A program made the position numbers and the translations under genes. Shown in pieces: positions 7,493 to 17,400 of a stretch of 24,273 nt of DNA; the first letter of the stretch is position 1, and the number at the start of each line of letters is the position of its first letter. The stretch is taken from NCBI GenBank assembly GCA_937881505.1, contig CALGEM010000263.1:1-24273 (forward strand). Direction: 5' to 3'. Under the pieces are notes generated by a model. That model had not been told where the DNA came from. It did no database searches and saw only the letters and a program-made list of their open reading frames with translations. The stretch is from an uncultured euryarchaeote (GTDB lineage: Archaea; Thermoplasmatota; Poseidoniia; Poseidoniales; Poseidoniaceae).

Positions 7493-7903
7493 TTATTGCG
7501 TGCCGTGCAACTGCACAAATTGCTGGGCCAAGCGAACCACGGTTCGCGTCTCATCGTGGGTGATGGTTTCCAGGGCTTGTTCCCAATCCAACCAGAGGTA
7601 GCCTCGGTGTTCATGCGAGAGTTGAACCTCCATCTCATCGGTTTCAGCGATGTACCAGTAGACCTCCTTGGATTGACGCTTGCCTTTGTGTCGAAAGGAG
7701 TATTCGGTCCGCTCCTCAAAACCTTCCAAAATCACCACGTCGCGGATGCCAGTTTCCTCAGCGAGTTCCCGAAGCATCGTGGCCTGTCGGTTCGGGTCGT
7801 CCGCCTCAACATGCCCCTTTGGGAGGTCCCAGTGCCCCTGCGGGTATTGCAACAGCAGCACCGTCCCGTAATTGACCAGCACCACCCCGCATGAGGTTTC
7901 CAT
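7493..7903 (-). CDS. NUDIX hydrolase, Ap4A hydrolase (bis(5'-nucleosyl)-tetraphosphatase, NUDT2-like)
   Basis: SCGVVL, LLLQY..GHWDLPKGHVE, RELAEETGI, Y.F...K.V.WY, LSHEH..Y.W. ATG at 7903 is preceded by GAGGA. Confidence 0.85.
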   Translation of the reverse strand: METSCGVVLVNYGTVLLLQYPQGHWDLPKGHVEADDPNRQATMLRELAEETGIRDVVILEGFEERTEYSFRHKGKRQSKEVYWYIAETDEMEVQLSHEHRGYLWLDWEQALETITHDETRTVVRLAQQFVQLHGTQ

Positions 7904-7989
7904 GGTGGGGTCCTCATCGCTTCTCATTCATGGTCATAACGGGTGAGCACCACCCAACCTTGATGGACATGAGCGATTGGCGATGAAGC

Positions 7990-8979
7990 ATGGGCATTCA
8001 TCCGTTGAGCGTTGAGGAGGTGCCCCCGTACAATCGCATCGTCGCCGATTCTGACATGGACGGTCTGTTCGGAGCAGCTGTGCTCAAGGCCTTTCGCCCC
8101 GATGCGGTCGTAACCTTCACCCACGCCGCTGCACTGCGAGCGGGACTGGTCGACGAGGTTATCGGTCGAGACACGGTGCTTGTCGATTTGCCATTTCACC
8201 CGGCCTGCGGTTGGTTTGTTGATCATCACTTGACCAACCGACCAGACGATACCGAGGCTCAGAAGTTCAAAGCGGATGGTGGCACTCAACACTGGGAAGC
8301 CACACCATCAGCAGCACGGCTGGCGTACGAATTGCTTGCAGAAATCACCGATATGGACCACTTGGCGCCGATGATGCCAGTTGTCGACGCCTTGGATTCT
8401 GGTGGCATCAGCAAGGAAGATTTTCTCGCCGACGGCCCGTTGTTGCAACTTGCACGAACGTGCACGTCTCGCGACCCCGAGTACATGCTGCATCTGGTGA
8501 ATTTGCTGGCCAACGGCGCCTCCTTTGAGGTCCTGCTCGCCGACCCCATCGTCCATGCTCGGTGCCAACAAGCCGCTGCTGAACGGGCGGCTGCTCAAAG
8601 CCATGTGGAAGAGAACACCACGGTCCACGACCGTTTGGCCGTGTGTCGGATGGATGAAACATCCCTGCGAAGCAACGGCTACTTGGTCACCGCATGGGTT
8701 GGGGAAGCGGCCGATGCGTGCTGTATCGTTCACGGCTATGCTGATGGTCACCTAGAGACCCCCGACCGCCCACCGCTCGGGGCCAGTTTCTACGCCAACT
8801 CCTTCCTGCCTGGCGGGCAAGGACGTTACGACCTGTCCAGAATGGCCACGTCGTTGGACCCCACGGGAGGCGGCCATGCCAACGCTTGTGGCTGCAGAAT
8901 TCAACCACCGGGACTTGAGGCCAACATGGAGCATTGGCTATCGATGTGGGCCAACCGGGATGTTGTGCTGAAGCTCTGA
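7990..8979 (+). CDS. DHH/DHHA1 family phosphoesterase (exopolyphosphatase/nanoRNase-like)
   Basis: DSDMDG (motif I), LVDLP (motif II), FVDHH (DHH motif), TPSAARL, and C-terminal GGGHANACG (DHHA1). Divergent from the NUDIX gene. Confidence 0.85.
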   Translation: MGIHPLSVEEVPPYNRIVADSDMDGLFGAAVLKAFRPDAVVTFTHAAALRAGLVDEVIGRDTVLVDLPFHPACGWFVDHHLTNRPDDTEAQKFKADGGTQHWEATPSAARLAYELLAEITDMDHLAPMMPVVDALDSGGISKEDFLADGPLLQLARTCTSRDPEYMLHLVNLLANGASFEVLLADPIVHARCQQAAAERAAAQSHVEENTTVHDRLAVCRMDETSLRSNGYLVTAWVGEAADACCIVHGYADGHLETPDRPPLGASFYANSFLPGGQGRYDLSRMATSLDPTGGGHANACGCRIQPPGLEANMEHWLSMWANRDVVLKL

Positions 8980-8980
8980 A

Positions 8981-9217
8981 TCAGAACTTACGGGTCACCG
9001 TGATGTTTGAGGAGTTCTCGATGTCCATGTCCTCGTCGGTTTCCTCAACCGGCTCTTGAGACTCAACAGAGGCGGCCTTCAACCGCTTGACGGTCGCCTT
9101 GAGCACCTCGAATTCAATTTCAAGGTCTTCCAAAGCATCTCGCGTTTCCTCGATGTGCTTCTCAACACGAGCCAACACCTTGTTGACTTTCTTCAGGGTA
9201 CGGTCCTGTCGTGCCAT
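8981..9217 (-). CDS. Small coiled-coil hypothetical protein with an acidic tail
   Basis: Heptad-like VNKVLARVEKHIEETRDALEDLEIEFEVLKATVKRL, then ESQEPVEETDEDMDIE. Immediately downstream of the MMPL gene. Start at 9217 or 9256. Confidence 0.7.
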   Translation of the reverse strand: MARQDRTLKKVNKVLARVEKHIEETRDALEDLEIEFEVLKATVKRLKAASVESQEPVEETDEDMDIENSSNITVTRKF

Positions 9218-9268
9218 GCTCTTCCGTCCACCCGCCTTGATTTGAAGGTTCTCCACCGGAAAAGGGGG

Positions 9269-11629
9269 TCACTCTTGCTCGTTTTCGACCGTTGAAGCGG
9301 CGATGGCGATGGGTTCTGGGGCCAAAGCAGGGGTAGGTTGAGCAGCACGCATGAAGGCCGGTGCCCACCAATTCCATTTGCCCATGAGCCGCATGGTTGA
9401 CGGCACCACCAGGGCGCGTACGAGGGTTGCATCGATGAGGATGGCCAGCGCCAAGCCCAACCCAATCTGTTTCAGGATGATAACCGACGACAGGCCGAAA
9501 GCGCTGAACACCACGACCATGATGGCGGCCGCTCCGGTGATCAGCCCCCCCGTCTTTTGCAGGCCGTTGGCCACGGCGAGGGTGTTGTCGCCGGTTCGCT
9601 CCCATTCCTCGTGAATTCTTGAGAGCATCAGCACCTCGTAATCCATTGACAACCCGAACACGATGCAGAACATGATGACGGGATTGCCCGAATCAATGGG
9701 TTGGGCGGTGAAGTTGAGCAGGGATTCACCGTAGCCCCATTGGAAAACCCACACCAGCATGCCGAAGGAGGCTGAAATGGAGAGGATGTTCATGGCGATG
9801 GCTTTGATGGGTATGATGACCGAGCGAACCTGAAGGAAGATCAGCACCATGGTGGCGATGAGAATGAACGCCAGTGCTCGTGGCAGATTATCGGCGATGG
9901 CATCGAGGTTATCGGCATTGTAAGCGGCGAACCCTGCGACCAATAACCGGTCGTTCTCGCCGCTGAGGTCGTCGAGGAAGCTCGCTCTGTCATCCCGAAT
10001 TTCTTCCACAACTTTGCGAGAGTCAACGTTGGTTTGGGCGCCAATGAGTTGGACCGACATCATCGTCGCATCCTCGCCGACGAAGGCCGCTCGCAGGCTT
10101 TCGCGCACGGCGACCTGTTCGGGTGGTAGGGCTTCGTCGGGGGCAGCCCAGAATTGCACCACCTCATCAGCGCTCATTCCCGGTGAGGGCAAGCCCACAC
10201 CGATACCACCCGAGACCCGTGAATCGTTCAACAGGTCTGACAGGTAGGCATGTTGTGCTCGGAGGTTGTCGGCCGAGAGTGGGTCTGCACCGTCGGTGTC
10301 GATGACGAGGAAAATGGAGTTCGCAGCCTGGTCGGGCCACTGTTCGTCAATCAATTCCATGCCTTGGCGAGATTCGTCATCGGGGGGAAGTGCCTTCCAC
10401 GAGGAGAGCGAGAACTCAGCGTAGGCGAACGGTAAACCGGCACCGATGAGCAACACCAGCGTTGGAATGAGCACGGCCCACGGGCGGTCCATGACGCGCT
10501 TGGCGATGCGAGCCCACACACCGTCTTCTTTGGCGCTCATGTCGAGGGCGAAGGGAATGTTTCCTTTGTTGACACGTGGGCCCAACCACGCCATCACGGC
10601 GGGGAGGACGATGGTGGAATAGACCATGGCGATGGTCACCGCAATGGTGCCGCCAATTCCCAACGATGGGAGGGAGGTGTTGGTGAAAAAGAGCATGCCC
10701 ATGAGGCCGATGGCGACCGTGATACCCGAGTAAAACACGGCCTTTCCAGCCGTTGCACAGCTCATCGCCGTCGCCGTCCGGACGTCGTGGCCTCGCGCCA
10801 ATTCCTCACGGAACCTGTTCACGAGGAAGAGCGAGTAGTCAATGGAGACACCGATGCCGATGAGCGAGATGATGTTCGTGGCGTAGACGGTCACATCGGT
10901 TACGTTGGAGAGCCAAATCGTCATGCCGATGGCGGCCAGCACGGTTCCCACGCCAACGCCGACTGGGAGCAGGGCGGCGACGATGGAGCCAAACACAATG
11001 CCGAGAATGAGGATGGAGAGGGGTCCTGAGACCAATTCAGCCTTGATGAGGTCGTTCTTGATGCGGTCGTCAAATGTCCAGTCAACGGCGATGCCGTCAG
11101 TCATCCATGCTTCAAAATCACCGCCGATTGTGAGGGAATCGTGGAGGTCATTGAGCAGTGATTTTGCCTCTTTTCGATCGGTGGCGAAGGTGACCTTGTT
11201 GATGGCGTAGGTGCCATCATCATCCACCGCCACCACATCGTTTCTGTCCACCTCGGCGACGTCCCAGGAATACTCGATGGTGACTTTGCTGTGCGACGCA
11301 AAGGAAGCCAACGCTTCCTCAACGGCCGTTCTCCACTGCTCGCTGCTATCGTTGAGGGTTGGATGGAAGACCAGATAACGGAAGGATTGGCCGCCTTCAT
11401 CGCCGTCGCTGGCAAAGCGTTCCGAAATCAACCGACCTGCGTTCACCGATTCAACGTCGTCTTCGCCAAAGCCTTCCGCCCAATCGGCTCCCATGGACAT
11501 GAGTCCCGTCATGAGAATGCAGGAGACCAAACCAAAAGCCATCATCACTCTCCGGTGGTCGTGGATGAACAATCCGAGTTTGAAAAACGCCCGATTTTTC
11601 AGAACCTCGGGGTCGGTGGCGCCCTCCAT
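9269..11629 (-). CDS. MMPL family (RND superfamily) transporter
   Basis: Two repeats of TM1 + extracellular domain + 5 TM. Motifs GIGVSIDYSLFLVNRFREEL, TAGKAVFYSGITV, FGLSMDYEVLMLSRIHEE, TGGLITGAAAIM, DATLVRALVVPSTMRLMGKWNWWAP. Start trimmed to ATG 11629. Confidence 0.92.
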   Translation of the reverse strand: MEGATDPEVLKNRAFFKLGLFIHDHRRVMMAFGLVSCILMTGLMSMGADWAEGFGEDDVESVNAGRLISERFASDGDEGGQSFRYLVFHPTLNDSSEQWRTAVEEALASFASHSKVTIEYSWDVAEVDRNDVVAVDDDGTYAINKVTFATDRKEAKSLLNDLHDSLTIGGDFEAWMTDGIAVDWTFDDRIKNDLIKAELVSGPLSILILGIVFGSIVAALLPVGVGVGTVLAAIGMTIWLSNVTDVTVYATNIISLIGIGVSIDYSLFLVNRFREELARGHDVRTATAMSCATAGKAVFYSGITVAIGLMGMLFFTNTSLPSLGIGGTIAVTIAMVYSTIVLPAVMAWLGPRVNKGNIPFALDMSAKEDGVWARIAKRVMDRPWAVLIPTLVLLIGAGLPFAYAEFSLSSWKALPPDDESRQGMELIDEQWPDQAANSIFLVIDTDGADPLSADNLRAQHAYLSDLLNDSRVSGGIGVGLPSPGMSADEVVQFWAAPDEALPPEQVAVRESLRAAFVGEDATMMSVQLIGAQTNVDSRKVVEEIRDDRASFLDDLSGENDRLLVAGFAAYNADNLDAIADNLPRALAFILIATMVLIFLQVRSVIIPIKAIAMNILSISASFGMLVWVFQWGYGESLLNFTAQPIDSGNPVIMFCIVFGLSMDYEVLMLSRIHEEWERTGDNTLAVANGLQKTGGLITGAAAIMVVVFSAFGLSSVIILKQIGLGLALAILIDATLVRALVVPSTMRLMGKWNWWAPAFMRAAQPTPALAPEPIAIAASTVENEQE

Positions 11630-11752
11630 GAATCGCACCGAAAAAAACGGTGTATTTGAATCGGCGTCTTGGGGCTCAACACCAGGTGTTGGCCAAATCA
11701 CCGGGGTAGAGGGTGAGTCACGTTCATGAACCGACCGATGTTTTCCACGCTC

Positions 11753-12268
11753 ATGAACCTCAAGGACCACATCCGGGGTGTTCCAGATTTTCCAATTGAA
11801 GGCATTTTGTTCTACGATATCGCCACCCTTCTACGGGAACCAACGGCTATGGCGTATTGTTTGGACCAATTCGAAGCAGCGATGGCGGCGTGGCAACCGG
11901 ACGTTCTTGCCGGCATCGAAAGTCGCGGTTTTCTGTTTGCTGCGCCCCTCGCTCAGCGGATGGGACTTCCGATGATGATGATACGAAAAGCAGGTAAATT
12001 ACCCGGTCCAACAAATTCGTTGACTTATGATTTGGAATATGGTACGGACACCATTGAAATTCAAGCTGATGCATTGTCCGAAGGCCAACGGGTCGTGATA
12101 CTTGATGACCTGCTGGCGACGGGAGGAACGCTTGCCGCCTCTGTGGAACTGTGCCGTCAATCAGGTGCCGAAGTTGCGGGGTGCGCCCTTGTCGTTGAAC
12201 TGTCCTTCCTCAACGGCCGCGAGGCTGTGGATGCTCCGCTCATCACTCTGGTGGATTACGAGTCTTGA
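11753..12268 (+). CDS. apt: Adenine phosphoribosyltransferase
   Basis: IRGVPDFPIEGILFYDI, GIESRGF, IRKAGKLPG, YDLEYGTD and the PRPP-binding motif RVVILDDLLATGGT. Alternative starts at 11726 and 11738. Confidence 0.95.
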   Translation: MNLKDHIRGVPDFPIEGILFYDIATLLREPTAMAYCLDQFEAAMAAWQPDVLAGIESRGFLFAAPLAQRMGLPMMMIRKAGKLPGPTNSLTYDLEYGTDTIEIQADALSEGQRVVILDDLLATGGTLAASVELCRQSGAEVAGCALVVELSFLNGREAVDAPLITLVDYES

Positions 12269-12317
12269 CAGATCGTTAAAAGTCTCTTTTTGGGGGTTTT
12301 TAAGCCGTTTTGGCACC

Positions 12318-12367
12318 CGAATTATATTAACCCCTCCATGAGAAGAGGTTACTAACCCTATAGGAGA
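12318..12367 (+). promoter_or_regulatory. TATA-like box and Shine-Dalgarno site for the NCS2 permease
   Basis: cga-attatattaa at 12318-12330 within an AT-rich spacer. AGGAGA at 12362-12367 lies upstream of ATG 12369/12375; the spacing fits 12375 better. Confidence 0.55.
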
Positions 12368-12368
12368 T

Positions 12369-13838
12369 ATGAACATGGGATTTGAGCAAAATATAGCGAA
12401 TTATTTCAAATTTGAAGAACGAGATGCCACCTTAAACGGTGAACTGAGAGCCGGATTAACGACCTTCCTTACGATGGCCTACATCCTGATCGTGAACCCG
12501 TCAATGTTGCACAACTTTGGTGCGACCGGTATTCCATACGACGACGCTCTCTTCGCCACGGCCATTGCTGCCTTTGTTGGCTGTGTGGTCATGGGGCTTT
12601 GGGCAAACCTTCCCTTTGCTCTGGCTCCGGGGATGGGTCTCAACGCCTACTTCACTTTCGCAGTCGTGCTCGGCATGGGGATTCCGTGGGAAATCGCCCT
12701 TGCCGCTGTTTTGGTTGAAGGTATCATCTTCGTTATCATTTCGTTGCCGCAAGTCGGTTGGCGAACCAAGATGATCAACGCCATCCCAAAGGATTTGAAG
12801 ATTGCAACGGGCGCCGGTATCGGTATGTTCCTGTCCATCATCGGTCTTCGTGAAATGGGCTGGATTCAGGACGACGGCGCCACGCTGGTCAACCTCGCCA
12901 CCACCGAAGCCTTCGGCTCGGGCGACTACGCCATTTGGCAGCATGGTGCTGTGATTTCCATGGTGGCCCTTCTGGCCATCGCCGTCATGATGGCTCGAGG
13001 CATCAAGGGAGCCATCATCTACGGTATCCTCGGTGCATCTCTGTTCGGTTGGCTTGTCGGTGCCTACGACCCCTACAACGACTTCGCTGCAGGTGGTGCA
13101 GGTTGGGCTGCTGCTGAGGCTTCTTGGCCAGATGAAATCTTTGGATTTGTCGGCATGCCAGAAGAAACGCTTGGGGCCGCCTTTGGCGCCTTTGGCGACA
13201 TCAGCGACAACCTGGCTGATTTCATGCTGGTCATGATCGCCTTCCTCTTCGTTGACATCTTTGACACGGCTGGAACCCTTTACTCCGTGGGCCGCCAAGC
13301 CGGCTACGTCAACGAGGACGATGAACTCCAGAACTCAGACGAGGCCTTCATGTCCGATGCTGCCGCAACCATCGTTGGTGCCATCACCGGTACGAGCACG
13401 ACCACCACCTACATCGAATCCGCTGCAGGTGTTGAAGAAGGCGGTAAGACCGGATTGACGGCGGTCGTCGTTGGTGTGCTGATGCTATCAGGTCTGTTCC
13501 TTTCGGGCATCTTCCAAGCCATCCCGACCTTCGCCGCAGCCTGTGCCTTGGTCATCGTTGGTGCAACCATGATGAAGCAAGCCACCGAAATCAACTGGGA
13601 CGACAAGGAAATGGTGCTCCCTGCCTTCTTGACCATGGTTTTGATGCCGTTCACCTACTCCATCGCTGACGGTATTGCTTGGGGTGTTATCTCCTACGTG
13701 GCCATCAAGTTGGGCATGGGCAAGGCCGACGAGCCAGGCCCCATCATGTACGGCATCGCCGTGTTCATGTTGATGTTCTACCTTGGCCCAGGCGACCAAT
13801 CGACCTTCGGTTGGTTGTTCAGCACCATCTTCGGATGA
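12369..13838 (+). CDS. NCS2 family nucleobase permease, AzgA/PbuG-like (adenine/guanine/hypoxanthine)
   Basis: ELRAGLTTFLTMAYILIVNP, LAPGMGLNAYF, FVDIFDTAGTL, GTSTTTTYIESAAGVEEGGKTGLT, MPFTYSIADGIAWG. About 12-13 TM. Adjacent to apt. Confidence 0.93.
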   Translation: MNMGFEQNIANYFKFEERDATLNGELRAGLTTFLTMAYILIVNPSMLHNFGATGIPYDDALFATAIAAFVGCVVMGLWANLPFALAPGMGLNAYFTFAVVLGMGIPWEIALAAVLVEGIIFVIISLPQVGWRTKMINAIPKDLKIATGAGIGMFLSIIGLREMGWIQDDGATLVNLATTEAFGSGDYAIWQHGAVISMVALLAIAVMMARGIKGAIIYGILGASLFGWLVGAYDPYNDFAAGGAGWAAAEASWPDEIFGFVGMPEETLGAAFGAFGDISDNLADFMLVMIAFLFVDIFDTAGTLYSVGRQAGYVNEDDELQNSDEAFMSDAAATIVGAITGTSTTTTYIESAAGVEEGGKTGLTAVVVGVLMLSGLFLSGIFQAIPTFAAACALVIVGATMMKQATEINWDDKEMVLPAFLTMVLMPFTYSIADGIAWGVISYVAIKLGMGKADEPGPIMYGIAVFMLMFYLGPGDQSTFGWLFSTIFG

Positions 13839-13860
13839 TGTGTCCTTGACGGCTTTTGCG

Positions 13861-13877
13861 CCGGCCCACCGGGCCGG
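13861..13877. terminator. GC-rich hairpin between convergent genes
   Basis: ccggccc-acc-gggccgg, a perfect 7-bp stem in the 47-nt gap between the NCS2 stop and the 156-aa gene stop. No following U-tract. Confidence 0.45.
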
Positions 13878-13885
13878 AGGCTGGC

Positions 13886-14356
13886 TCACATCAACACGTC
13901 GAACGTGTAGATGAAGCCAAGGAAGGCGTGAATGAACACGAGGTAGATGATGAGGTCAGCGGCCCGTCCGTGCTTGAGTTTGGCCACAGCGAAGGATTCT
14001 CCAGCCTCCCGCTGTGTTCGAGCCTGTTTGCCCAGACGCGTCATGAAGACCATCAAACCAAAGCCGACCGGGCCCATGAAGCCGTGAAGGGATTGTGGGA
14101 CCATTGAGGTAAGGACTCCTTCACCGGCGTACCAGCCGGTGAAACCTCGTGCGACAAACGCCACGAGGATGACCAGGCCGGTCGCCCACAGGAGGCGTTC
14201 CCCGTTGGTTTCGTGGCGGGCCAAGTGAAGCGCTCGCTCCTCGCCTTTGAGTTCGTAGGACTTCTTTCGCCAAGCGTATTGCCACCACATCCAGACCACC
14301 AAAGCGCTTGCAAGAAGCGGGTGGAGGAGCAGAGCGACGGTGGGCACAAGTTCCAT
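13886..14356 (-). CDS. 4-TM membrane protein with a cytochrome b561-like His pattern (DUF4079-like)
   Basis: H12 (LHPLL), H48, H91 (SLHGFMG, compare b561 SLHSWxG) and H129, plus H143, distributed over four hydrophobic helices. Confidence 0.65.
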   Translation of the reverse strand: MELVPTVALLLHPLLASALVVWMWWQYAWRKKSYELKGEERALHLARHETNGERLLWATGLVILVAFVARGFTGWYAGEGVLTSMVPQSLHGFMGPVGFGLMVFMTRLGKQARTQREAGESFAVAKLKHGRAADLIIYLVFIHAFLGFIYTFDVLM

Positions 14357-14483
14357 CTTGACTCAACGAAGGCGAAAGGTCTCGGGTTCATGGAGGTATG
14401 CCTCTTCCCTCTAAATTGGGCAAACCAGTCCATCGGTGGGTTGAAAGGGCTCTCGTCGTGGGGGAAAATGAGGGGATGAAGGG

Positions 14484-17400
14484 TTGGACGAACAGTACAT
14501 GGAAACCTGTCTCAAGGCAGCGTTTTCAAAACCCAGGTCGGGTGCTGTTCGCGTTTCGATCATGAACCGTGAATCCGCATGGAAAATGCTGGAGAAACCA
14601 CTCCGTGCTCATTTGGTCATCGCTGCTCACGAACAGGAGCCACCGGCTTCCGACGACGATGAAGACGCATCTCCCCGACGACCAACGATGAATCGCCCCC
14701 GAGGTCGCATGCGCCGATCCGGTCGTCAAACAGGTCCGCCTCACATGACATGGCTTCACAAACCAAAGGAAATCATCGACGGATCTCCGTTGTCGACGGC
14801 CTATCAGTTGGCCACCTTGCTGGTTCACAAACAGCTCGACGAAGACAACTGGGACGAAGCATGGAACGCTCACGAAAACTTGCTACGAGAGACATGCATG
14901 GTCGAGGGTGTTCACCCGGTGTGGCACACCATCGGAGAAAAGACACCCCTTCTCGGCCAATTCCTCGCCTTCCCCAAGGCCAAAGCCACCAAGGTCAAGG
15001 AAACCACCGCCATGGGTACGGATTTCTTTTGGATTGACCCACGAGATAAGGACGCCATCGTCACCGTGCTGAAATTGGCCAGTGCGGGCGTGAACGACCC
15101 CGACATCAAAGTCGCCATGCAGAAGGCCACCAACCAGATTTCAGGTGGCCGTTCGCTCGATTTGGACGCCCCCTTGAACGCTCTTGAGGGCTCCATGGCC
15201 TTCATCACGGTGTTGTTGGCGCTTCATGCAGGCCACGATGTTCCTTCAGCAGCCAGAAAAGCCTGCAAGAAGGCCGATAGCGATCTTTTGGATGCGCTTG
15301 AGGATTTTGAGCACCTCGCCGCTGGAACCGTCAAGGACTGGCCATCGCTTCTCGCGCTGAACCGAGACGATTCGCTCTCGGTTGCACGACGCACCCTGGG
15401 TTGGCAACACGCCCCTGCCGAGGCCGAGGCGTGCGGCTCAAGCGAGCTTGAAGCGGGTTTGGCCTTGCTCGAGCAAGCCGGCGTCCACGAAGGACGAGAC
15501 CGTTTGACCTGGTGGCGGCTGAACGCACTTCTCAATGAAGGGAAGCAGGACGAGGCGGTGAGCGTTCTCGAAAAGCGTCGCCTCGATGCGTCTTCGGATG
15601 TTTCCGAATTGCTTCCGCTGGTCGTTTCACTTGACAGTGAACAAGCCAATGCCTGGTTGATGCGTTTCTTGGATGATGTAGACGACCAAGCGCTTTACCA
15701 CATCGTTCACGAAACGGCCTTGGCCTCTACACTCCGCCGAAAGGCGGCGCAACGTCTGTGCGATGAACAGGGTGCGATGTGGGAGGAGAGTCGCTCGGTG
15801 GCTCTGACGCTGTTGGTCGAGGAACTGGATGTCGATCGCCTGGCTCGTGTCTTCGCCGGCGACAACATGCTCTCGCTTTCTCACCCTTACATGTCGTTGC
15901 TCGTGAGCCACCTGGCTCCCGCCAGTATCGACGCCTCCTTGCGCCCTCACATCTACGCATGCCGCAGCCAAGCCATGCAGGCCATCCACGGCGCGGAGGT
16001 GCCGGAGGTGCTGAGCCCTCTCGCCCTGCACTTGCTTCTCCTGATGGAAGGTATCTACAAGGAAACGCCAGAGGTGGCTGAAGTGCTTCCAACCAAAGCT
16101 CTCCAAGCCTTCTCACCCATCAGCCGAGCGTTGACCAGCGATGGCGTGGTCAGCGCCACCCACGTTCGCAACATGGGTGCCAGTTTGGATGAACTTGACC
16201 TCTCCACCATTGAGCGACGTTTGTTTGATGTCATGCTCTTGACCTTGACGATGAACCGACATCTTCAGGCGTTCAACATCGGCATGGCCAAGGCCGACGA
16301 TATCAACGAACTGGACCAACTCTTGGACAACTCCACCCTCCCTCTTCGCCTGATTCAATCCTTTTCCATTCTCATGGTTGAACACGACCTGGGCCTTCCA
16401 AATTTGGTCGCTTGGTACCAAAAGAACGACCCACTATCGCCCTGGGCACCGCTTGCTCGAGCAGCTCACTTTGCTGCCGATGGTGATGAGTTGAATTCTG
16501 CACGAGAATACTCACGGGCGGCTGAATTGTTCAACAAGCACCGGAAAACTGGCGGTGAATCAACCGATTGGGCTTCTGAGAGTGAAGACAACGACTTCGC
16601 TCTCTCGTTGCCGTTGATGCTGTATCGCAAATCCCTCATCCACTATGCGCACGCCACCTCATGGGCCGAGGCCGTAGAATTGCTGGAGCGCGTCCCCTCA
16701 CTGAAAACGGCCATCACTGAGCGCTTCAAACTCTACTTGCGAGTCTGCCACATGGCTGGAAAAGACACCAACGCCGCCGCTCGTTTGGTCCGAAAGCACG
16801 TCCAGCAGCGGAAGACCGTCCTCGAAGAAGACGTTGAAGGCAACATGGTGGAGAAGACCCGAACCACCTACAACGAAGAGGAACTCGACCTGCTGCGCAA
16901 TTATCCGTTTGAGCAAGCCCACCTTCTTCCGCCCGAACCCTTCCTCGGTCGAGTTACGGCTGCCTCAACCCATATCAGTCGTGACCTTCGTCGCTCAAGA
17001 ACCCAATACGAGCACCAGTTCAGGCAAGCCATGCAAGGAAGTTCACCTTCCATGGAGGAGATTTACGAGATTGCCAAGAACGCAGCAGAAGAAGGTGCCT
17101 TTGAGGGCTTGATGTACCTCGAGCGGGCGCAGAACTCCAACAAATTCTCCATCACGGCGCGCAACCGTCTCGCTGGCGTTGAGCAGTCCTTGTTCTCGCA
17201 GTACAAAGACGACATTCCAACCTCAAAGCGTCGGTTTTTGCACAACCTCTCTCTAACGCCCCTGGTTATCGTTGACACCAATGTCCTCGTCGATGCGCTT
17301 GTGGAACGCATGTACCAGCACATGAATTTGGTGCTTGAAACCAATGTGAACATCATCGGTGCCAACCAGTTCCATCGGATTCTGCTCCATCATGCCCAAG

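Noticed and set aside
11724-11759. Repeated tcatgaacc at two candidate apt starts
   Set aside because: A 9-bp duplication with no further structure; relevant only to start-codon ambiguity.
11630-11770. 47-aa N-terminal extension of MMPL overlapping apt
   Set aside because: It would overlap the divergent apt start and leave no promoter space. The first TM follows ATG 11629 at a normal distance.
12269-12368. Purine riboswitch upstream of the nucleobase permease
   Set aside because: It lacks the conserved purine-aptamer core and three-stem junction. The region is explained by a TATA box plus SD.
12501-13298. 265-aa antisense ORF within the NCS2 permease
   Set aside because: A His/Asp/Gly-rich mirror of a hydrophobic, codon-biased gene; an artefact.
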